NCBI GenBank assembly: GCA_977020255.1 | Contig: CDROCS010004666.1 | Location: 1 to 64,000 of the forward strand | Length of the DNA stretch: 64,000 nt | Direction: 5' to 3' | Source: Obrimoposthia wandeli | Lineage: Eukaryota | Shown: piece after piece, positions 60,201-64,000 of the stretch | How positions within the stretch are numbered: the stretch's first letter is position 1 | Layout: each line of letters starts with the position of its first letter | The notes under the pieces: generated by a model | Seen by the model: only the letters and a program-made list of their open reading frames with translations | Databases searched by the model: none | What the model was told of the DNA's origin: nothing | Program-made: the position numbers and the translations under genes

Positions 60201-60757
60201 CGACGCATACGATTTTCAGTTTCACGGCGACGCTCTTTGTATTTTGAAATACCTGCCGCTTCTTCAATAAAGACCCTAAGTTCTTCAGGCTTTGATTCAA
60301 TAAGGCGAGAAATCATTCCCTGCTCAATAATTGAATACGAGCGCGCCCCCAGTCCAGTCCCTAAGAAAATTTCGGTGATATCTTTTCGTCGACACTTTGT
60401 TCCGTTGAGATAGTAAGTCGATTGCCCTTCCCGGGTAACCTGACGACGTAAAGCTACTTCAGCAAAAGCAGCGTATTCACCCCGAAGCGTACCATCACTA
60501 TTATCAAAGATAAGGTCGACACTGGCTTTTCCTACAGGTTTACGCTGTGCAGAACCGTTGAAAATAACGTCCGTCATTGATTCGCCACGCAGGTTCTTCG
60601 CAGAACTTTCACCCATAACCCAGCGCACTGCATCAATGGTATTTGATTTTCCACAGCCGTTCGGCCCAAGAATACCCGTCATATTAGTTGGAAACGGTAT
60701 ATAAGTTGGGTCTACAAACGATTTAAATCCTGCCAGTTTGATGGCCTTTAGGCGCAT
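57245..60757 (-). CDS. smc: Chromosome segregation protein SMC
   Basis: GFKSF, GPNGCGKSN, coiled coils, hinge, LSGGEK and LDEVDAPLDD. Confidence 0.98.
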   Translation of the reverse strand: MRLKAIKLAGFKSFVDPTYIPFPTNMTGILGPNGCGKSNTIDAVRWVMGESSAKNLRGESMTDVIFNGSAQRKPVGKASVDLIFDNSDGTLRGEYAAFAEVALRRQVTREGQSTYYLNGTKCRRKDITEIFLGTGLGARSYSIIEQGMISRLIESKPEELRVFIEEAAGISKYKERRRETENRMRRTTENLERLQDIRDEMERQLAHLHRQAQAAEKYKELKSDERLKKGQLQALKWQVLEVDYRKRELEIAELDVQYEAKMAQQTSADTAIEERRESHHERNEVFSSAQAKYYEVGSQIARHEQKLEHQAQMSLQLSQDLAETEKGILETQLALEEDQLKLEDVNEELMMLEPELEVLLAGEEAAGEELIIAEEAMQEWQRSWDEFTQKASAPARQAEVAQSRIQNLEQQLTRLQQRIERLDEEKRQLTSNPEAEEILFLQEQISEHEMQLEEQEISGDSFGEQVNNQRGSIESLRRQLDEGRGELQQVQGRKASLEALQQAAKGEGNKAVSHWLESHQLSRKARLSEKIHVESGWEKAVEMVLGNYLQAVIVDDLDPVQHWVDGLKDGEIILWSAAQRDSLEQSLSTNLLSNKVTGDENVSSLLGKVQVAESLSDAMSRRQQLAIDESIITPEGIWLGQSWLRVAKDGEGNGGILARQQELEELEVRFEDLDISVEEWEVDLDAEQLKLRNLEQQREVQQKEMAAYARQLAEYQSQLSGKQARAEQLALRTDKINNDLIEVSELQALEKEQIAEARIQWQEAMENMDQDADERTRLQSERENTTTRIESARMRARQEKDQAHQLQLRHQGFSSQQQSLSQAVERLHQQMQRNQERKSSIQQNQNRDHDSDLEELKMQLEELLEKRLDAEQIMSDARRELETVDAELRQFEKDRGIAEKAGLDLRTKLEQVRMETQSLEIRRSSLVEQLTEDDLTLEEVIENLPHDADIRVWSEELERIADRIRRLGAINLAAIDEYKIQSERKIYLDAQHEDLEKALATLENAIHKIDRETRTRFKETFDKVNSGLAELFPKVFGGGHASLELVGDDLLNAGVAIMASPPGKKNSTIHLLSGGEKALTAIALVFSIFKLNPAPFCMLDEVDAPLDDANVGRYARLVKAMSEKVQFIYITHNKIAMEKADQLMGVTMHEPGVSRLVSVDIEEATKMVQA

Positions 60758-60881
60758 AACCTGTCTATCCTAATCAATTATTCTTTATTCAAAATCTCGC
60801 ATCTGAATTTCCACTGAGTCTGTCAGTAAAAATCTGACCCGTTAATTCTTAATGTATGGGTTCTAACGTGTATCTTTTATT

Positions 60882-61541
60882 TTACTTTTTCGCTTCTAAG
60901 GCTGCTAATACCAGTTCTAACTGATGATCAAAATACTGTTTCACCGCCGCTGGCAACAACCCTATCTCACGCTTTGTTACACCGATCAACAAGGCAGAAA
61001 AAAATCTAGATGCCGCTTGCCCATCATTAGGCTTATACCTTTGCGCCAATGCATAGCATCGATGCACGGCAGGCTGCATATTCGTTAATAGTTCATGCAA
61101 GTATTCATTGCGGGCTAATGGATAGGCCATGTCTAACAGCACAAATACTTGCGCCATAAACTCTTCTCGATCTTCTTGCTCGGCAATTCGCTGCAAACTT
61201 TTGAGATGTTGAATGAGTTCATCCAATTCTCTCTCTTGCCAGCGCTGAGTAACCAGTACCGCTAGTCGAGTAACCAAAACTCCAAATACATCAAACAAGT
61301 TTTCAACCGAGCCAGCCGTTATCTCCGCAACCATTGCACCTCGTCTTGGTACGATATCGACGAGATGTCTTCTTTCCATTAGCAGCAGCGCTTCACGGAC
61401 CGAGCCTCGACTAACATCGAGTTCATCGACAACTTTCAGTTCTTGAATGCGCTCATTCGCACTTCGTTGACCAGAAATTATTTGATGTGCGAGATGCTGA
61501 GCTATCTGCTCAGCCATGCTTTTGGGCGCGTTAAAACTCAT
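60882..61541 (-). CDS. GntR (FadR-subfamily) transcriptional regulator
   Basis: wHTH VSRGSVREAL...VDIVPRRGAMV with an FCD-like C-terminus. Divergent from alkB. Confidence 0.92.
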   Translation of the reverse strand: MSFNAPKSMAEQIAQHLAHQIISGQRSANERIQELKVVDELDVSRGSVREALLLMERRHLVDIVPRRGAMVAEITAGSVENLFDVFGVLVTRLAVLVTQRWQERELDELIQHLKSLQRIAEQEDREEFMAQVFVLLDMAYPLARNEYLHELLTNMQPAVHRCYALAQRYKPNDGQAASRFFSALLIGVTKREIGLLPAAVKQYFDHQLELVLAALEAKK

Positions 61542-61746
61542 CTAGTTGATTACTTATCCTACATCTATATGCAAAAGAATTAGTCTACCACAGCCACTTA
61601 GCTCTGGAAGCCTTATCTGACGCCCTTTTACACTATTTTTCTTTCAGCACAGAACACTCGAGTATGAGGACTCAGCCACTGACGAACTACATAATTTCAG
61701 GTTGATTTTCAGCCAACGCTTGCTATTTTAATACTACCACTCCATT

Positions 61747-61766
61747 ATTGTCCTACAATCCTACAA
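61747..61766. promoter_or_regulatory. Candidate GntR operator upstream of alkB
   Basis: The palindrome ATTGT-CCT-ACAAT fits the GntR TnGT-N(0-3)-ACnA pattern. TCCTACA repeats at 61751, 61759 and 61557. Confidence 0.55.
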
Positions 61767-61804
61767 AATAACAATATTTGGAATGCAATCCAAAGGAGAA
61801 AAGC

Positions 61805-62935
61805 ATGAGCACATCCATTTCAGCACAGCCAAGCAAGCTCGATTTCATGATCAGAGTTAAGAAATATGCGTATTTATTGGTAACCCTTCCCTCCCTTATC
61901 CTCTTAACCTCTGTTTGGCTAGGTGAACAATATGGTTACAAGGACCTCTTTGCCTTTACCACCATATTTTTTGTCTTTGTCCTAGTACCTATTTTTGATC
62001 ATATTATTGGCCAAGATCCTGTCAATCCAGATGAAGAAACGCAAGTTCCTGAGCTTTCAAAAGAAGTATTTTATCGAATACTAACGCTTCTATGCCTACC
62101 CATGCAGATTGCTACGATCTTTTACGGTGGTCACATTTTAATGTCGACAGATTTAACCTGGATTGGCCAATTAGGCTGGGTTCTTTCTGTAGGAACCGTC
62201 GGCGCTATCGTAGCGATTAACGTCGGCCATGAATTGATACATAAAGACCCCATCATTGAACAATGGGCTGGCGGACTACTATTCGCATGCGTTACTTACG
62301 GCGGCTTTAAAGTTGAGCATGTTCGCGGTCATCATGTTCACGTCTCCACACCATCCGATGCCTCATCATCTCGCTTCGGTCAAAGCCTGTATGCATTTTT
62401 ACCCCACGCATATCTTCACAACTTCTTAAATGCCTGGTCATTAGAAGCGAAAAAACTAAAGCGTAAAGGAAAAAGTGCATTCAGTTTAAATAACGAATTA
62501 GTCTGGTGGTATGGCATTAGTATTATGTTCTCAGCAGCATGCGGTGCACTTTGGGGGTGGACGGGTGTGGCTTATTTCTTTGCTCAGAGCTTTGTGGCCT
62601 TTTCTCTATTAGAGGTCATTAACTACATTGAACATTATGGCCTGCACCGTAGAAAGCTAGAGAATGGTCGCTATGAACGCACTACCGTCGAACACTCTTG
62701 GAATAGTAACTACCTACTAACAAACTTGTTTCTTTTTCAATTACAGCGCCATTCAGATCATCACGCCAACCCGAAGCGCCGCTATCAAGTTTTACGTCAT
62801 CATGACGTTAGCCCACAACTTCCGAGTGGCTACGCAACAATGGTTGTACTGGCTCTATTTCCGCCACTATGGTTCAAAGTAATGAACCCAAAAGTTGAAG
62901 CTTATTATCAAGGTGAGGAGCACCAGCTAAAATAA
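61805..62935 (+). CDS. alkB: Alkane 1-monooxygenase
   Basis: All His boxes are present: HELIH, EHVRGHH, NYIEHYG and LQRHSDHH. GGAG RBS before ATG 61805. Confidence 0.96.
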   Translation: MSTSISAQPSKLDFMIRVKKYAYLLVTLPSLILLTSVWLGEQYGYKDLFAFTTIFFVFVLVPIFDHIIGQDPVNPDEETQVPELSKEVFYRILTLLCLPMQIATIFYGGHILMSTDLTWIGQLGWVLSVGTVGAIVAINVGHELIHKDPIIEQWAGGLLFACVTYGGFKVEHVRGHHVHVSTPSDASSSRFGQSLYAFLPHAYLHNFLNAWSLEAKKLKRKGKSAFSLNNELVWWYGISIMFSAACGALWGWTGVAYFFAQSFVAFSLLEVINYIEHYGLHRRKLENGRYERTTVEHSWNSNYLLTNLFLFQLQRHSDHHANPKRRYQVLRHHDVSPQLPSGYATMVVLALFPPLWFKVMNPKVEAYYQGEEHQLK

Positions 62936-62945
62936 CCTGATATTC

Positions 62946-62987
62946 CTTGGCTAAAACGGAGTAAACTAACACTCCGTTTTAGCCAAG
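62946..62987. repeat. Perfect 17-bp inverted repeat after alkB
   Basis: CTTGGCTAAAACGGAGT-AAACTAAC-ACTCCGTTTTAGCCAAG, with no U-tract on either side. Confidence 0.85.
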
Positions 62988-63000
62988 CTGTTACTACTGC

Positions 63001-63762
63001 ATGCTCGCCGACCTATTAGATTTACTTACTCAACTCAGCACCGACTATGCGACTGAAATACTTTTAACATTATTCGCCACTGCAACGTCGGCTATTGCGG
63101 GAATCCTTGGTTTTGGCGGAGGTATGCTATTGATTGCCATCATGCCTAGCTTTCTACCCGTCGCCGTTATAATTCCTATCCACGGCATTGTGCAACTGGC
63201 CAGTAATAGTTCTCGGGTAGCCTTATCGTTAAACCAAGTTGCTTGGCATTTACTGCCGCCATTTTTAATTGGCTCAGCAATCGGCCTAGGGCTTTTCACC
63301 ACCTTACTTCTAAACCTAACCATCGACTACATTCCTTTGGCGATTGGCAGCTACATACTTCTTAATCTTTGGCTAAAGCCTTTTTCAGATACTATGAAAC
63401 GTTTTGAGAATTTTTATCTTATTGGCGCATTGCAAACAGGATTAAGTTTAATTGTCGGCGCAACAGGCCCACTAACACATAATATATTACTTAAAAAACT
63501 GAACGATAAAGATCAAATAATTGCCACGGGTGCTATTTTCATGAGCATCAGCCATCTGGCGAAAATAATAGTCTTTGGTTTAATTGGCTTTCAATTTGGT
63601 GAATATTTTCTAACCTTAATATTGATGAGTTTCGGCGCAATACTAGGCTCATATATCGGCTCTAAGGCACGAAAAAAAGTCGATAATCAAGTCTATATTC
63701 GAATGATTAAATATTTACTGAGCCTACTCGCCATAAAAATGATCATTTTCGTTTTTATATAA
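63001..63762 (+). CDS. TauE/SafE-family membrane exporter
   Basis: GILGFGGG, PIHGIVQL..N, GATGP and a multi-TM profile. Confidence 0.85.
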   Translation: MLADLLDLLTQLSTDYATEILLTLFATATSAIAGILGFGGGMLLIAIMPSFLPVAVIIPIHGIVQLASNSSRVALSLNQVAWHLLPPFLIGSAIGLGLFTTLLLNLTIDYIPLAIGSYILLNLWLKPFSDTMKRFENFYLIGALQTGLSLIVGATGPLTHNILLKKLNDKDQIIATGAIFMSISHLAKIIVFGLIGFQFGEYFLTLILMSFGAILGSYIGSKARKKVDNQVYIRMIKYLLSLLAIKMIIFVFI

Positions 63763-63825
63763 AATATTTTTTGTATTTAATATTAGTCGCATTTATTAAA
63801 CAATTTACAGCATAGAAGATACAGT

Positions 63826-64000
63826 ATGGAAAGTTCGGCGCAGTTCTTATTAACCCTAGGTGGCATACTTTTATTAGGGCTGATTACATCGACTATGGCA
63901 GAGAGAACCTCTCTGCCTAGAGTAACCTTATTACTTATTTTTGGACTCGTTATTGGCCATGAAGGTTTTGACATTATTCCATTGGAGTTTTCAAGTTACT
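63826..64000 (+). CDS. 5' part of a cation:proton antiporter (truncated by window end)
   Basis: ATG 63826 reads MESSAQFLLTLGGILLLGLITSTMAERTSLPRVTLLLIFGLVIG, the LPRVT..L.G..IG start typical of CPA transporters. Confidence 0.7.
   Translation, partial: MESSAQFLLTLGGILLLGLITSTMAERTSLPRVTLLLIFGLVIGHEGFDIIPLEFSSY

Overview
This is chromosomal DNA of a marine gammaproteobacterium. An alkane-degrading Oceanospirillales/Pseudomonadales-like organism is inferred from alkB, codon style and Pseudomonas-like synteny. Two conserved backbone blocks flank the window: hybrid kinase-OhrR/OspR-gpx-msrB-alaA at the left end and ligA-zipA-smc-gntR-alkB at the right end. Other recognisable genes include an Fe(III) ABC transporter with a Fur box, a 7TM-DISM hybrid kinase, DyP, pdxB, acnB, an MCP/binding-protein pair and carbonic anhydrase. 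The standout is a tightly coupled 19.3-kb, 7-gene operon (21452-40707). It encodes a giant CapB/PgsB-type amide ligase fusion, a doubled CapC/PgsC membrane protein with two degenerate hydrolase-like domains, a probable Zn-hydrolase, a TPR plus beta-barrel outer-membrane protein, a membrane-anchored periplasmic protein, and a CHASE2 pseudo-kinase with a lone receiver protein. It looks like a Gram-negative poly-gamma-glutamate synthesis and trans-envelope secretion machine; this is an inference, as no searches could be run. The window also holds several broken genes: ligA and a SagS-like kinase each split by a 1-bp loss (possibly sequencing errors), an SDR with an internal deletion, and a YHYH gene whose 3' end is interrupted by two 31-32 nt foreign-looking patches. 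Several operator palindromes and a highly structured region downstream of acnB are also present. No rRNA, tRNA, CRISPR array or transposase was seen.
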